Assembly: GCA_963805085.1 (NCBI GenBank)
Contig: CAWDTA010000001.1
Span: forward strand, 226,805 to 290,804
Source: an uncultured Veillonellaceae bacterium
GTDB lineage: Bacteria > Bacillota > Negativicutes > JARBTT01
Direction of reading: 5' to 3'
DNA length: 64,000 bases
Notes under the pieces: generated by a model
Databases searched by the model: none
What the model saw: only the letters and a program-made list of their open reading frames with translations
What the model was told of the DNA's origin: nothing
Shown here: piece after piece, positions 10,452 through 20,610 of the stretch
How the letters are laid out: each line of letters begins with the position of its first letter
How positions within the stretch are numbered: the first letter of the stretch is position 1
Made by a program: the position numbers and the translations under genes

Positions 10452-11489
10452 TTGGAAATTGATATTAGCAATAAAGTTAAAACAATGGTGCAGGGTGGAA
10501 TCATCGGATTGTTGCTGCTTACCATTCTTCTTAGTGGTGGTATTTGGTGGTGGCAACATAATCAAGGATATGTATTGATTCACAATGCTAGTGTAAAAGG
10601 CATTGGTGTTAATGCCAGCGTGAAAGTTGCCGGGGTAGTAACAGACGTTATGGTTAAAGATGGCGATACCGTAGAGGTGGGCCAGACCCTAGCGAAGATA
10701 AAAATCAATGTATCACCAGAACAGGTGCAGCAATTAGAACAGGCAGTCGAATCAGCGAAGCTCCGTTATAATGAATTATTGACGAGACCAGCACCAACGA
10801 TGACAACCGTAACTGATGGTGATAGTAACCAGGGCGATGTAGCAGCGGCGCAAGCGGCTGTTGATAAAACAGCTACGAATAAAGATCGTATGGATAAACT
10901 ATTTGAAATTGGTGCAGTAAGTGCAGTGCAGAGAAATAACGCAACGAATGCTTATCAAGCGGCAGAGGAAGCGTTAAATGCTGCCAGACAAGGATCAGCT
11001 AGTAGTAGCAGTAGTGTTCAGGTCAATAATACCCAAGATACTGGGCAATTATTGAAACTTGCAAAGTTCCAATTAGAACAAGCCGAAATGGCGTTGGCCG
11101 CTTCCGCACAAGTGGATCAGGTAACAGCTGTCCTTGCACCGGTTGCTGGGGTAGTCAATTATACTGAGGTAAAAGCTGGGGATACTATAGAAGCTGGACA
11201 GCCGATTTTTACCGTTGGCGATGCAGGTAATTTATGGGTTGAAGTGCAAGTGGATGAAAAGCAAATTGATAAATTAAAACTTGGTCAATTTGTCAATTAT
11301 TCGATTGAAAATTATCCAGAGCAAATATTTAAAGGTACTGTATTTGAAATAGCAAATGAAGCTTCTAATGAAGAAACTAAAAGTAATGAAAAGGCACAGG
11401 GCTTACCAATCAAAATTTCTTTGCCTGTAGATACTGACTTTGTTTTTAAAGCTGGTATGAAGGTAGATATTAAAATTAGAAGCAACTAA
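10452..11489 (+). CDS. HlyD-family periplasmic adaptor (membrane fusion protein)-like
   Basis: TTG start 11 nt after AGGAGG. It has an N-terminal TM helix, a lipoyl/barrel-sandwich-like VKDGDTVEVGQTLAKI segment, a long Ala/Gln-rich helical hairpin and a C-terminal beta domain. Confidence 0.65.
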   Translation: MEIDISNKVKTMVQGGIIGLLLLTILLSGGIWWWQHNQGYVLIHNASVKGIGVNASVKVAGVVTDVMVKDGDTVEVGQTLAKIKINVSPEQVQQLEQAVESAKLRYNELLTRPAPTMTTVTDGDSNQGDVAAAQAAVDKTATNKDRMDKLFEIGAVSAVQRNNATNAYQAAEEALNAARQGSASSSSSVQVNNTQDTGQLLKLAKFQLEQAEMALAASAQVDQVTAVLAPVAGVVNYTEVKAGDTIEAGQPIFTVGDAGNLWVEVQVDEKQIDKLKLGQFVNYSIENYPEQIFKGTVFEIANEASNEETKSNEKAQGLPIKISLPVDTDFVFKAGMKVDIKIRSN

Positions 11490-11530
11490 AAATAATCTGT
11501 CCCGTCGTAATTGGGACAGATTATTTTTAG
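11489..11530 (+). terminator. Intrinsic terminator
   Basis: AAATAATCTGTCCC / GGGACAGATTATTT stem followed by TTTAG. Confidence 0.85.
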
Positions 11531-11644
11531 TTGAATATTTTCATAAGTTAAAGAATAAAAGAAATAAAGAAGGAAAATAATAAAATAAGCAGAATAAATA
11601 ATAAATAAATTAATTAATTAATTAATGTGTAAGGGGTGGTTTTC

Positions 11645-11956
11645 GTGTCTTCAAATCCAAAATTGAAAGATGAATTGACGGATCAGTTATTTAAGGCAGT
11701 CTTATTACTAGAGGACAGTGAAGAATGTTATCAATTCTTTGAAGATATATGTACCATTAGTGAAATGAAAGCTTTGGCACAGCGTCTCGAAGTAGCACGA
11801 ATGCTTAGTGCTGGGCATACTTATGATGATATTGTCGAACGTACTGGTGCTAGCACAGCAACGATTAGCCGTGTCAAGCGGTGCTTGAATTATGGCGCTG
11901 ATGGTTATAAATCTATATTAGAACGCTTAGATAAAGTGGAAAAGGAAAGAGAATAG
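11645..11956 (+). CDS. TrpR-like YerC/YecD family DNA-binding protein
   Basis: GTG 11645 (or GTG 11636) after AAGGGG. The sequence EECYQFFEDICTISEMKALAQRLEVARML...GASTATISRVKRCL is characteristic of the YerC/YecD family. Confidence 0.75.
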   Translation: MSSNPKLKDELTDQLFKAVLLLEDSEECYQFFEDICTISEMKALAQRLEVARMLSAGHTYDDIVERTGASTATISRVKRCLNYGADGYKSILERLDKVEKERE

Positions 11957-11969
11957 GAGTTTTTTTGGA

Positions 11970-13154
11970 ATGAGTAAAAGTGAATTTGTACTACAAATAC
12001 CTTATGGAACAAGAGATTTTTTGCCACATGAAGCAGCTTGTAAACGTGAAATTGAAGCATCCATAGCGGATGTATTTGTTAAATGGGGCTATGATGAAGT
12101 TGTTACCCCTACGATTGAATATTTAGATACGCTTACGATTGGGAATGGTAGAGAAGTAGAGCCACATATGTTTAAATTTTTTGATAAAAATAATCGCACT
12201 TTGGCCCTTCGTCATGAGATGACAACTCCCATTGCCCGTGTTGCGGCTAGTCGTTTAAACGAAGTAGAATTACCACTTAAATTGTCTTATATCACGAATG
12301 TTTATCGTTATGAACAAGCACAAACTGGACGCCAATGTGAGTTTTATCAAGCTGGTGTTGAATTAATGGGCGTACCGAATGCAAGTGCCGATGCGGAAGT
12401 CATTGCGTTATCGATTGAACTACTGAGACAAGCTGGACTGGAAAATTTTCAAATCAGTTTAGGTCAAGTCGAATTTATCAACGGTGTTATGGATCAAGTG
12501 AAATTATCACCTGAGCAGCAGCAGCAAATCAAACAAGCAATGGTAACGCGGGATTTGGTTGGACTAGGAGAAATGCTAGATAATACAGAACTTACTAATA
12601 ATGCGAAAGATATTTTAAAGCGCATTCCATTACTACACGGAAAAGAAGATATGTTAAAGCAAGCCTACAATATGGTTTATAATGAGCAAAGTAAACGCGC
12701 TTTAGATAACTTAACAGAAATATATAACTTACTTAAAGGGTATGGCTTTGAAAAATATGTGAACTTCGATTTGGGTGTAATTCGCGATTTTAATTATTAT
12801 ACTGGTATGGTATTTGAAGCCTATACACCAGGCCTTGGTTTCCCATTGTGCGGGGGCGGGCGTTATGATAATATGTTATCCGATTTTGGGACTGCTTGCC
12901 CAGCTACTGGTTTTGCACTTGGTATCGAGCGGATCATGTTGGCATTAGAACGCCAAGGACTTGCCGTAGTAAACACTAAAAAAGATATTTATGTTGCTTG
13001 GCAAGAGGGGAAAGTATTAGATGCCATTGTGCAAGCAAAAAAATTGCGTGATGAAGGTAATTCTGTAGAATTGGCTTTATGGGGGCAAACAGAAAAAACA
13101 GCTGAAGAATATCAAGTCTCTAAAGGGTATCATAAACTTGTGTACATAGGATAA
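11970..13154 (+). CDS. hisZ: ATP phosphoribosyltransferase regulatory subunit
   Basis: 394 aa HisRS paralogue lacking an anticodon domain. It is paired with a short-form HisG in the same window. Confidence 0.9.
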   Translation: MSKSEFVLQIPYGTRDFLPHEAACKREIEASIADVFVKWGYDEVVTPTIEYLDTLTIGNGREVEPHMFKFFDKNNRTLALRHEMTTPIARVAASRLNEVELPLKLSYITNVYRYEQAQTGRQCEFYQAGVELMGVPNASADAEVIALSIELLRQAGLENFQISLGQVEFINGVMDQVKLSPEQQQQIKQAMVTRDLVGLGEMLDNTELTNNAKDILKRIPLLHGKEDMLKQAYNMVYNEQSKRALDNLTEIYNLLKGYGFEKYVNFDLGVIRDFNYYTGMVFEAYTPGLGFPLCGGGRYDNMLSDFGTACPATGFALGIERIMLALERQGLAVVNTKKDIYVAWQEGKVLDAIVQAKKLRDEGNSVELALWGQTEKTAEEYQVSKGYHKLVYIG

Positions 13155-13159
13155 AGAAA

Positions 13160-13684
13160 ATGTTAAAGCGGATTAAACAAGTCATCTCAGCGCTTACTGC
13201 TGAAATAGATGAAGAAGATAAAGATTTTATTGAAAAACATCTCGATCAACGTGAACAAACCTTATTTTGGGCGATGAATTTGCCAGATCAGCGGCATGCT
13301 CTTAATGTTGCTTATACCGCATTTGGTTTAGCAGAACAAATAGTTAACGTTGATGAAGTAATGTTAATTAAGGCATCTCTGCTGCATGATGTTGGTAAAG
13401 TATTCGGTGATGTCAGTACGTTTGATAAAATTGTCACTGTAATTGCAGATAGATTTGCCCCAACATGGTCGAAGCAATGGGCAAAGCTGGGAAAGGGGAA
13501 TAGGTTAGATAACCTCCGGCATGCATTTTATATTTATTTTCATCATGCAAAGCGCAGTGAAGCAAAGCTTCAGGCAATTGGTTTAACAGAATTGGCAACA
13601 CTTGTTTCTAAACATCACAAAGCTCCAGCTGGTGATGACCCGCTGGAGCTTATCCTCTTACGTAAAGCAGATGAAAAAAATTAG
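13160..13684 (+). CDS. HD-domain metal-dependent phosphohydrolase, function unknown
   Basis: 174 aa. The HD signature is seen as ASLLHDVGK, with further His residues (FHHAKR, KHHK). It starts 5 nt after the hisZ stop. Confidence 0.75.
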   Translation: MLKRIKQVISALTAEIDEEDKDFIEKHLDQREQTLFWAMNLPDQRHALNVAYTAFGLAEQIVNVDEVMLIKASLLHDVGKVFGDVSTFDKIVTVIADRFAPTWSKQWAKLGKGNRLDNLRHAFYIYFHHAKRSEAKLQAIGLTELATLVSKHHKAPAGDDPLELILLRKADEKN

Positions 13685-14631
13685 TAGCCTACTTGTTTGT
13701 TAACGATATTGAGCATTTCTGAATCATTATAGAATTTACTAAGGTTTTCAATAAATAATTTTAAAGCACGATCAATATAATATGGTGAGTTTGCTGCAAT
13801 ATGAGGTGTGATAATAAGGTTTTCTACCTCCCAAAGAGGAGAAGTTTCAGGGAGTGGTTCTTGCTCAAATACATCAAGAGCGGCTCCTTTGATCACACCT
13901 ATTTCCAGTGCAGTAATTAAATCAGCTTCATTTACGATAGCGCCACGGGCAACATTGATAAAGTAAGCTGATTTCTTCATATTACGGAACATTTCAAGCG
14001 AGAAAAGTCCTTTGGTTTGCTCAGTAAGAGGTAATGTCACAACAACAAAATCAGCAGAAGATAACAAATGAGGTAATTGATCCATAGGGTAAAGTTTATC
14101 AACAAATATTTCTTGCGTCATTGTACGCTTGGTTGCAAGCACTTTCATACCAAGGCACTTTGCTCTTTTGGCGATTTCGCGACCGATGCTGCCTAACCCG
14201 ATGATCGCAATTGATTTATCATACAGCTCTTCTAATGAAAAATGTTGCCAAAACTTTGCTTTTTGACTTTCGTAGGTTTGATTGATTGCCCGAGTGAAAG
14301 TCAACATCATCGCTAAAACATGTTCAGCCATAGGAATGCCATGAATACCACGTGAGTTTGTCAACGTGATATTAGAGTTTATGAGCTCAGGCGAAAGTAA
14401 ATTGTCAACACCAGCACTAAGCGCATGAACCCACTTCAAACGACTTGCCTTTGGTAGTAGCTCGCGGATGTCATGTTGTCCCCAAGTAATTAATATATCA
14501 GTATCTGCAATATAATTGATTGCTTCATATTTTTTACATACAGTTACATTGATATTCGGTCCAATCTCGCTGATCATATTGGTTTGTTTGTCACTTAACC
14601 GTTGCACCACTAGTATATTGAGTGAAGGCAT
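13681..14631 (-). CDS. D-isomer-specific 2-hydroxyacid dehydrogenase family protein
   Basis: 316 aa with a Rossmann motif IAIIGLGSIGREIAKRA. SD is GGAGAT. Its 3' end overlaps the HD gene stop by 4 nt in convergent orientation. Confidence 0.85.
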   Translation of the reverse strand: MPSLNILVVQRLSDKQTNMISEIGPNINVTVCKKYEAINYIADTDILITWGQHDIRELLPKASRLKWVHALSAGVDNLLSPELINSNITLTNSRGIHGIPMAEHVLAMMLTFTRAINQTYESQKAKFWQHFSLEELYDKSIAIIGLGSIGREIAKRAKCLGMKVLATKRTMTQEIFVDKLYPMDQLPHLLSSADFVVVTLPLTEQTKGLFSLEMFRNMKKSAYFINVARGAIVNEADLITALEIGVIKGAALDVFEQEPLPETSPLWEVENLIITPHIAANSPYYIDRALKLFIENLSKFYNDSEMLNIVNKQVGY

Positions 14632-14730
14632 GATAAATATCTCCCTTTATCTGTTGTTTTTCGCGTATAATAGTTTTTCATTATACACCTTATACTATTC
14701 TACATAGAAGCGAAAATCCCTACAAATGGG

Positions 14731-14759
14731 TTGACGAATCAAAACACGAGTGTTAATAT
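14731..14759 (+). promoter_or_regulatory. Sigma-A-type promoter for hisG
   Basis: TTGACG (14731-14736), 17 nt spacer, TAATAT (14754-14759). Confidence 0.55.
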
Positions 14760-14761
14760 AG

Positions 14762-14771
14762 TAACATGTTA
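14762..14771. promoter_or_regulatory. Perfect 10-bp palindrome at the predicted hisG transcription start (operator candidate)
   Basis: TAACATGTTA begins 3 nt after the -10 hexamer. Confidence 0.3.
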
Positions 14772-14814
14772 TTACTTTAAACAAGTAAAGCGATGAATTT
14801 TATAGGAGGCTCTT

Positions 14815-15480
14815 ATGACTTCAAATGATATGGAATACTTAACAATTGCATTACCAAAAGGAAAATTATTTCAACCATCAGCGGATATTTTAGCAAAGAT
14901 CGGATATACTGCTGAGGGATTAAGCGAAAAATCACGTAAATTGGTGATTACAAATGAAGAGAAAAAAATAAAATTTATCATCACAAAAACTGCTGATTTA
15001 CCTACGTATGTTGAATATGGTGCAGCGGATATCGGTATTATCGGCAAGGATATTTTACTTGAAGAAGGCAAAGATGTGTATGAACTCTTGGATTTAAAAT
15101 ATGGTTTTTGCCGATTGATGGTAGCTGTTCCACAAGCTTTATTACAGGAAAAACTAAGTGATTATGCACATATGCGTGTAGCTACTAAGTTCCCCCATGT
15201 AGCAGAACGATTTTTCAATAGTAAAGGGATTCAAATGGAATTTATTAAGCTAAACGGATCTATTGAACTTGGACCAATGGTTGGTCTTGCCGAAATCATT
15301 GTCGATATCGTGGAAACGGGTCGGACATTAAAAGAAAATAATTTGATTGAAATTGCACAAATCACGAATGCGACAGCACGCTTTATAGCCAATCGTGTAA
15401 GTTTTAAAATGAAATTTGATCGTATCAATCAAATGGTAGAAGATTTACGGGTTATTGTGGAAAGTGGGGAAGGTAAATGA
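14815..15480 (+). CDS. hisG: ATP phosphoribosyltransferase, short form
   Basis: 221 aa with LTIALPKGKL at the N-terminus. It heads hisGDCBHAFIE. Confidence 0.93.
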   Translation: MTSNDMEYLTIALPKGKLFQPSADILAKIGYTAEGLSEKSRKLVITNEEKKIKFIITKTADLPTYVEYGAADIGIIGKDILLEEGKDVYELLDLKYGFCRLMVAVPQALLQEKLSDYAHMRVATKFPHVAERFFNSKGIQMEFIKLNGSIELGPMVGLAEIIVDIVETGRTLKENNLIEIAQITNATARFIANRVSFKMKFDRINQMVEDLRVIVESGEGK

Positions 15481-16814
15481 AAGTTGTAAATGCAGCAACT
15501 TTAACAGCTGAGGAAATAAAAAAATTATTGACGAAGCCTGCGTTTGATCAAGTCGTATTGAGTGAAGGCATCCGAGCTAAAAATAGAGAGCTATTTGGTG
15601 AAGATTTAACAGCGGCAGAGGTTGTTGAAAAAATCGTCAATGGCGTTCGGTTAAATGGTGATGCTGATGTTATCAAATATACAAAATTAATTGATGGCGC
15701 AGATTTTACTGAAAAATCATTTATTGTTACAGAAGAGGAATTTAGCGAAGCGGAAAACTTAGTTGATCCAGCTGTCTTTGCTTCTATTCAGAAAGCAGTC
15801 GCGAATGTTCGTCAGTATCACTTGGAGCAAAAACCAAATTCTTGGCTGACATACCGTGAACATGGATCAATATTAGGGCAATCTTGCATTCCACTTGATC
15901 GTGTAGGAATTTACGTACCAGGTGGTACCGCCTCTTATCCGTCATCTGTTATTATGAATGCAGTGCCAGCAGCTGTTGCTGGTGTAAAAGAAATCGTGAT
16001 GATGGTACCACCAGCACGCGATAGAAAAGTAAATCCCTACGTATTAATGGCAGCTCGTGAAGCTGGGGTAACGAAAATATTTAAAATTGGTGGAGCTCAA
16101 GCGATTGCTGCTTTGGCCTTTGGTACAGAATCGGTACCGCGTGTTGATAAAATTACTGGCCCTGGGAACATTTTTGTAACACTGGCCAAAAAAGCCGTGT
16201 ATGGTCATTGCGATATTGATATGCTGGCTGGCCCAAGTGAAATTTTGATTGTTGCCGATGAAAGTGCGAATCCAACCTATGTTGCCGCTGATATGCTGAG
16301 TCAAGCAGAACATGATGTTCTAGCATCTAGCATTGTCATTACGGATAGCTTGGAACTTGCCCGAAAAGTCGAAGTGGAAGTACAAGTGCAACTTGCAAAA
16401 TTACCACGGCAAGAAATCGCGCGTGCTTCATTAGAAAAAAATGGTTTACTTATTGTGACCACAGATATCATGCAGGCAATCGAATTGGCGAATATTTCCG
16501 CACCAGAACATTTGGAAATTTTAACAGTAGAACCATTTCAGTTATTACCGTATGTTCGTCATGCAGGTGCTGTATTTTTAGGACCATATTCGCCAGAACC
16601 ACTTGGTGATTATTTTGCGGGTCCTAATCATGTACTACCAACTGGTGGTACTGCTCGTTTCTATTCCGTGTTAAATGTAGAAACGTTTATGAAACGCACT
16701 AGTATTATTTCCTATACACAGCCAGCACTTGCGGCTGTAAAAGAAGATATCATACGCTTGGCAGAGGCTGAGGGATTAGAAGCACATGCCAATGCAATTC
16801 GAATGAGAGGTTAA
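15477..16814 (+). CDS. hisD: Histidinol dehydrogenase
   Basis: 445 aa with 4-nt overlap coupling to hisG. The SQAEHD motif is present. Confidence 0.95.
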   Translation: MKVVNAATLTAEEIKKLLTKPAFDQVVLSEGIRAKNRELFGEDLTAAEVVEKIVNGVRLNGDADVIKYTKLIDGADFTEKSFIVTEEEFSEAENLVDPAVFASIQKAVANVRQYHLEQKPNSWLTYREHGSILGQSCIPLDRVGIYVPGGTASYPSSVIMNAVPAAVAGVKEIVMMVPPARDRKVNPYVLMAAREAGVTKIFKIGGAQAIAALAFGTESVPRVDKITGPGNIFVTLAKKAVYGHCDIDMLAGPSEILIVADESANPTYVAADMLSQAEHDVLASSIVITDSLELARKVEVEVQVQLAKLPRQEIARASLEKNGLLIVTTDIMQAIELANISAPEHLEILTVEPFQLLPYVRHAGAVFLGPYSPEPLGDYFAGPNHVLPTGGTARFYSVLNVETFMKRTSIISYTQPALAAVKEDIIRLAEAEGLEAHANAIRMRG

Positions 16815-16818
16815 AGAT

Positions 16819-17874
16819 ATGAAATATAGAGAAGGTCTGAATGAATTACCAACCTATGATGTTAGCGAAAAAGATTGGGATATTAAATTAAATGCCAATG
16901 AAAGTAATTTAAATTTACCGCCATTAGTGGAAGAACGTTTATTGAACCGGTTATCAAGAATTGCCTTTAATCGTTACCCTGATACAGAAAACGACGATTT
17001 GAAAGAGTTAATTGCACAAAATTTTAAAGTTGCTATAGAAAATGTTTTACTAGGCAATGGCTCTAGTGAAATATTAGAAAAACTATTTTTTGCTTTTGGC
17101 GGCCCTAGTCGGAATATAGTCTTTCCGATTCCATCTTTTTCTATGTATAAAATTTATGCGAAGATAAGTGAGTCTACTGCAATTCCGGTAGAATTAGAAG
17201 CAGATTATACACTAGATCCAGAAAAAATCGTCAATGCAGCCAATGAAAATAACGCAAAATTGGTCGTTGTATGTACACCAAATAATCCAACCGGCAATGC
17301 AGTTCCGCTTGCTTCCATTGAATATATTGCAGAAAATATTCAATGCCCATTTGCAGTCGATGAAGCTTACGTAGAGTTTCATGGGTTATCTGCCGCTGGC
17401 TTACTTGAAAAATATCCAAACATAATCATTGCGCGTACCTTCTCCAAAGCTTATGGATTAGCTGCGGCTCGCATTGGTTATATGCTAGCGAGTAAAGAAA
17501 TTACGGAAATGGTAAGCAAAGCTTGTATGCCATATCATATTAATACGATGACACTGATGGCTGCGGCAATTGTCTATCAAATGCGTGATGAATTTGTACC
17601 GCGTATTCAAATGTACGTTGCCGAACGTAAACGCATGGCAGAAGCGCTTGCTAAAATTGATGGTATTACTGTATATCCATCCGACACTAATTTCATCTTA
17701 ATCAAATACGCTAAAGCAACAGAGCTCAATGAATACCTAGAAAACCTAAAAATCGGTGTCAGAAGCTTTGGCAATGCACCGAGGTTAGAAGATTGTCTGC
17801 GTATTACGGTAGGAACTCGCGAGGAAAATGATACTTGGTTTAAAGTATTAAAAGGTTTTGTCGAAAGGGGCTAA
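16819..17874 (+). CDS. hisC: Histidinol-phosphate aminotransferase
   Basis: 351 aa class-II aminotransferase with PLP lysine context RTFSKAYGLA. Confidence 0.93.
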   Translation: MKYREGLNELPTYDVSEKDWDIKLNANESNLNLPPLVEERLLNRLSRIAFNRYPDTENDDLKELIAQNFKVAIENVLLGNGSSEILEKLFFAFGGPSRNIVFPIPSFSMYKIYAKISESTAIPVELEADYTLDPEKIVNAANENNAKLVVVCTPNNPTGNAVPLASIEYIAENIQCPFAVDEAYVEFHGLSAAGLLEKYPNIIIARTFSKAYGLAAARIGYMLASKEITEMVSKACMPYHINTMTLMAAAIVYQMRDEFVPRIQMYVAERKRMAEALAKIDGITVYPSDTNFILIKYAKATELNEYLENLKIGVRSFGNAPRLEDCLRITVGTREENDTWFKVLKGFVERG

Positions 17875-17878
17875 ACAA

Positions 17879-18466
17879 ATGCGTCAGGCGGAAATAGTTC
17901 GTAAAACAGCAGAGACCAATATTAAAGTGAATATCAACTTGGATGGTGACGGTTCTTCCACCATTGCTACAGGTGTGGGCTTTTTTGATCATATGCTGAT
18001 TTTATTAAGTAAACACGGCTTATTTGATATGACGGTAAATTGTGATGGGGATTTGCACATTGATGGTCATCATACGGTAGAGGATATCGGTATTTGCTTT
18101 GGGCAAGCCTTTATGAGAGCTTTAGGTGATAAGCAAGGAATCAAACGGTATGGAACTAGCTTTGTTCCAATGGATGAAGCGCTAGCGATGGTATCGCTTG
18201 ATATTAGTGGGCGTGCTTATCTTGTGTATGATGTAGAGCAAACATTAACACCGATGATTGGTGATTATGATAGCGAACTTACAGAAGAATTTTTAAGGGC
18301 ATTTGTAAATAATGCAGGAGTTACGCTTCATGTAAAGATGCTACACGGTAAAAATTCACATCATATTGTAGAGGCGATATTTAAGGCACTTGGTAGAGCT
18401 TTGTGCGAGGCGTGCAGTAAAGATCCACGAATTAAAGGCGTGATGTCGACAAAGGGAATGCTTTAA
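17879..18466 (+). CDS. hisB: Imidazoleglycerol-phosphate dehydratase (monofunctional, no phosphatase domain)
   Basis: ATG 17879 follows AAGGGG; the ORF track starts at 17858 inside hisC. Motifs GVGFFDHML and DGHHTVED fit IGPD. Confidence 0.93.
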   Translation: MRQAEIVRKTAETNIKVNINLDGDGSSTIATGVGFFDHMLILLSKHGLFDMTVNCDGDLHIDGHHTVEDIGICFGQAFMRALGDKQGIKRYGTSFVPMDEALAMVSLDISGRAYLVYDVEQTLTPMIGDYDSELTEEFLRAFVNNAGVTLHVKMLHGKNSHHIVEAIFKALGRALCEACSKDPRIKGVMSTKGML

Positions 18467-18489
18467 GTCTAAGCAAGGGAGGATAAGCA

Positions 18490-19092
18490 ATGATTGCAAT
18501 TATAGATTATGGGATGGGAAATCTGTTTAGCGTGGAGAAAGCATTTGTAAAACTTGGTGCTGAGGTTGTTGTCACAACTGACGCAAAGATCATTGCCGCG
18601 GCAGATAAAGTCGTACTGCCAGGTGTAGGGGCGTTTGGGGACTGTATGAAAAATTTAGAAACGTCAGGGCTTATTCCGATCATTATGGAGACGGCAGCTT
18701 CAGGTAAGCCGTTTTTGGGAATATGTCTTGGTCTGCAAGTGATGTTTGAAGGTAGCGAAGAAGCACCAGGTATTAAAGGGCTAGGCATCTTTAAAGGGCT
18801 TGTGAAAAAGATTGTTGCTCCCAAATTGAAAATTCCTCATATGGGCTGGAATAGCTTAAAGATGGCTGCGAAAAGTCCATTGCTAGATAATTTACCAGAA
18901 GCCCCATATGTTTATTTTGTCCATAGCTTTCATGCAGTGCCAAGTGAGGCAAATATCGTAACGGCATTTGTGGAGTATGGTGGTAAAGTAACAGCGGCAG
19001 TTGGTAAGAAGAATGTCCAAGCAATGCAATTTCACCCTGAAAAATCAAGTAGCATAGGGCTTAAAATCTTAGAAAACTTCGTTAGACTATAA
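18490..19092 (+). CDS. hisH: Imidazole glycerol phosphate synthase, glutaminase subunit
   Basis: 200 aa with N-terminal IAIIDYGMGN and catalytic Cys context GICLGLQ. Confidence 0.95.
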   Translation: MIAIIDYGMGNLFSVEKAFVKLGAEVVVTTDAKIIAAADKVVLPGVGAFGDCMKNLETSGLIPIIMETAASGKPFLGICLGLQVMFEGSEEAPGIKGLGIFKGLVKKIVAPKLKIPHMGWNSLKMAAKSPLLDNLPEAPYVYFVHSFHAVPSEANIVTAFVEYGGKVTAAVGKKNVQAMQFHPEKSSSIGLKILENFVRL

Positions 19093-19120
19093 TTTGGATC
19101 AAGAGTAAGGAGCAAATTTA

Positions 19121-19849
19121 ATGATTATTTTTCCTGCGATAGATATCCGTGACGGTAAATGTGTACGTCTAACCGAAGGACGTTTTGATAAGGAAACTAT
19201 TTTCGGTGACTATCCAGCTGATATGGCAAAAAAATGGGCGAGTCTTGGTGCTGAGTTTTTGCATATCGTTGATCTAGATGGCGCATTGGCTGGTAAATCA
19301 GTAAATTTGCCAGCGATTCAAGCAATTATTGACAGTGTCGACATTCCAGTGCAATTGGGTGGCGGAATTCGAACTATTGAAAATATCGAAGAAGTGTTAA
19401 AATTAGGGGTAAGCCGTGTTATTTTAGGTTCTGTTGCGGTTCAGAGTCCCGAACTTGTGAAAACAGCTTGTGAAAAGTTTGGCGATAAAATCGTTGTTGG
19501 TATTGATGCACGAGATGGTATTGTAGCCGTAGAAGGTTGGGGGATATCTGGTGGTGTAGAAGCCGAAAAACTCGCAAAAAAAATGGCAGCGGTAGGGGTA
19601 AAACGCATTGTATATACGGATATTTCCCGTGATGGTACCTTGACTGGTGTAAATACTGAGGCCACAGCAAAGCTTGCAAGGGTAAGTGGGATCAAAGTAA
19701 TTGCTTCTGGTGGGGTTCGTTCAATTCAAGATATGATTGATGTCAAAGCAGTAGAAGCAGATGGAGTGGAAGGTGTTATCGTGGGGAAAGCGATTTATAC
19801 CGATTCCCTTGATTTAGTGGAAGCATTAAAAGTGGCAAAGGGGGAATAA
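19121..19849 (+). CDS. hisA: ProFAR isomerase
   Basis: 242 aa with N-terminal [16 protein letters not shown]. Confidence 0.95.
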   Translation: MIIFPAIDIRDGKCVRLTEGRFDKETIFGDYPADMAKKWASLGAEFLHIVDLDGALAGKSVNLPAIQAIIDSVDIPVQLGGGIRTIENIEEVLKLGVSRVILGSVAVQSPELVKTACEKFGDKIVVGIDARDGIVAVEGWGISGGVEAEKLAKKMAAVGVKRIVYTDISRDGTLTGVNTEATAKLARVSGIKVIASGGVRSIQDMIDVKAVEADGVEGVIVGKAIYTDSLDLVEALKVAKGE

Positions 19850-19851
19850 AT

Positions 19852-20610
19852 ATGTATACAAAAAGAATTATTCCGTGCCTCGATGTGAAAGATGGTCGCG
19901 TAGTAAAGGGAACAAACTTCGTTGGACTTCGCGATGCTGGTGACCCAACGGAACTCGCATCGGTATACGATAGAGAAATTGCAGATGAGTTAGTATTACT
20001 AGATATCACGGCGTCTCATGAAGAGCGGAAAACGATGGTGGAAGTCGTTTCGGATTGTGCTTCGCAAGTATTTATTCCGTTCACCGTAGGTGGGGGCATT
20101 CGCAGTGTAGAAGATATTCGTAAAATGTTAAAAGCTGGTGCAGATAAAGTATCTTTAAACACAGCAGCGATTCAGAATCCTAGTTTAATTGCAGAAGGGG
20201 CGGCAAAATTTGGTTGCCAATGTATTGTCCTTGCGGTAGATGCGCGCAAGTGCGATGAAGGAAAATGGGAAGTCTATATCAATGGTGGTCGTACCTCGAC
20301 AGGATTAGATTGCTTAGCATGGGTGAAAGAAGCTGTTCGTTTAGGTGCGGGAGAAATTCTCTTAACGAGTATGGACAAAGATGGTACCAAAGATGGCTAT
20401 GATATTGAACTTACGCGTGCTATATCCGAAGCTGTTGATGTGCCAGTGATTGCTTCAGGTGGTGCTGGTGAACTAGAACACTTTTATGACGTACTAACCG
20501 CAGGTAAAGCGGATGCTGTGCTTGCTGCATCTGTTTTCCATTATGGACAATTTACCGTAAGACAAGTAAAGGAATATTTAAAATCACGCGGTGTGGAGGT
20601 TAGATTATGA
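19852..20610 (+). CDS. hisF: Imidazole glycerol phosphate synthase, cyclase subunit
   Basis: 252 aa with N-terminal [17 protein letters not shown]. Confidence 0.95.
   Translation: MYTKRIIPCLDVKDGRVVKGTNFVGLRDAGDPTELASVYDREIADELVLLDITASHEERKTMVEVVSDCASQVFIPFTVGGGIRSVEDIRKMLKAGADKVSLNTAAIQNPSLIAEGAAKFGCQCIVLAVDARKCDEGKWEVYINGGRTSTGLDCLAWVKEAVRLGAGEILLTSMDKDGTKDGYDIELTRAISEAVDVPVIASGGAGELEHFYDVLTAGKADAVLAASVFHYGQFTVRQVKEYLKSRGVEVRL

Noticed and set aside
11560-11630. AT-only microsatellite-like run upstream of the yerC-like gene ((AATAAAT)n and (TTAA)4 at 11610-11626).
   Set aside because: The repeats are very short, in an AT-rich promoter spacer, with no evidence for phase variation or a binding site. 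I noted it only as low complexity.
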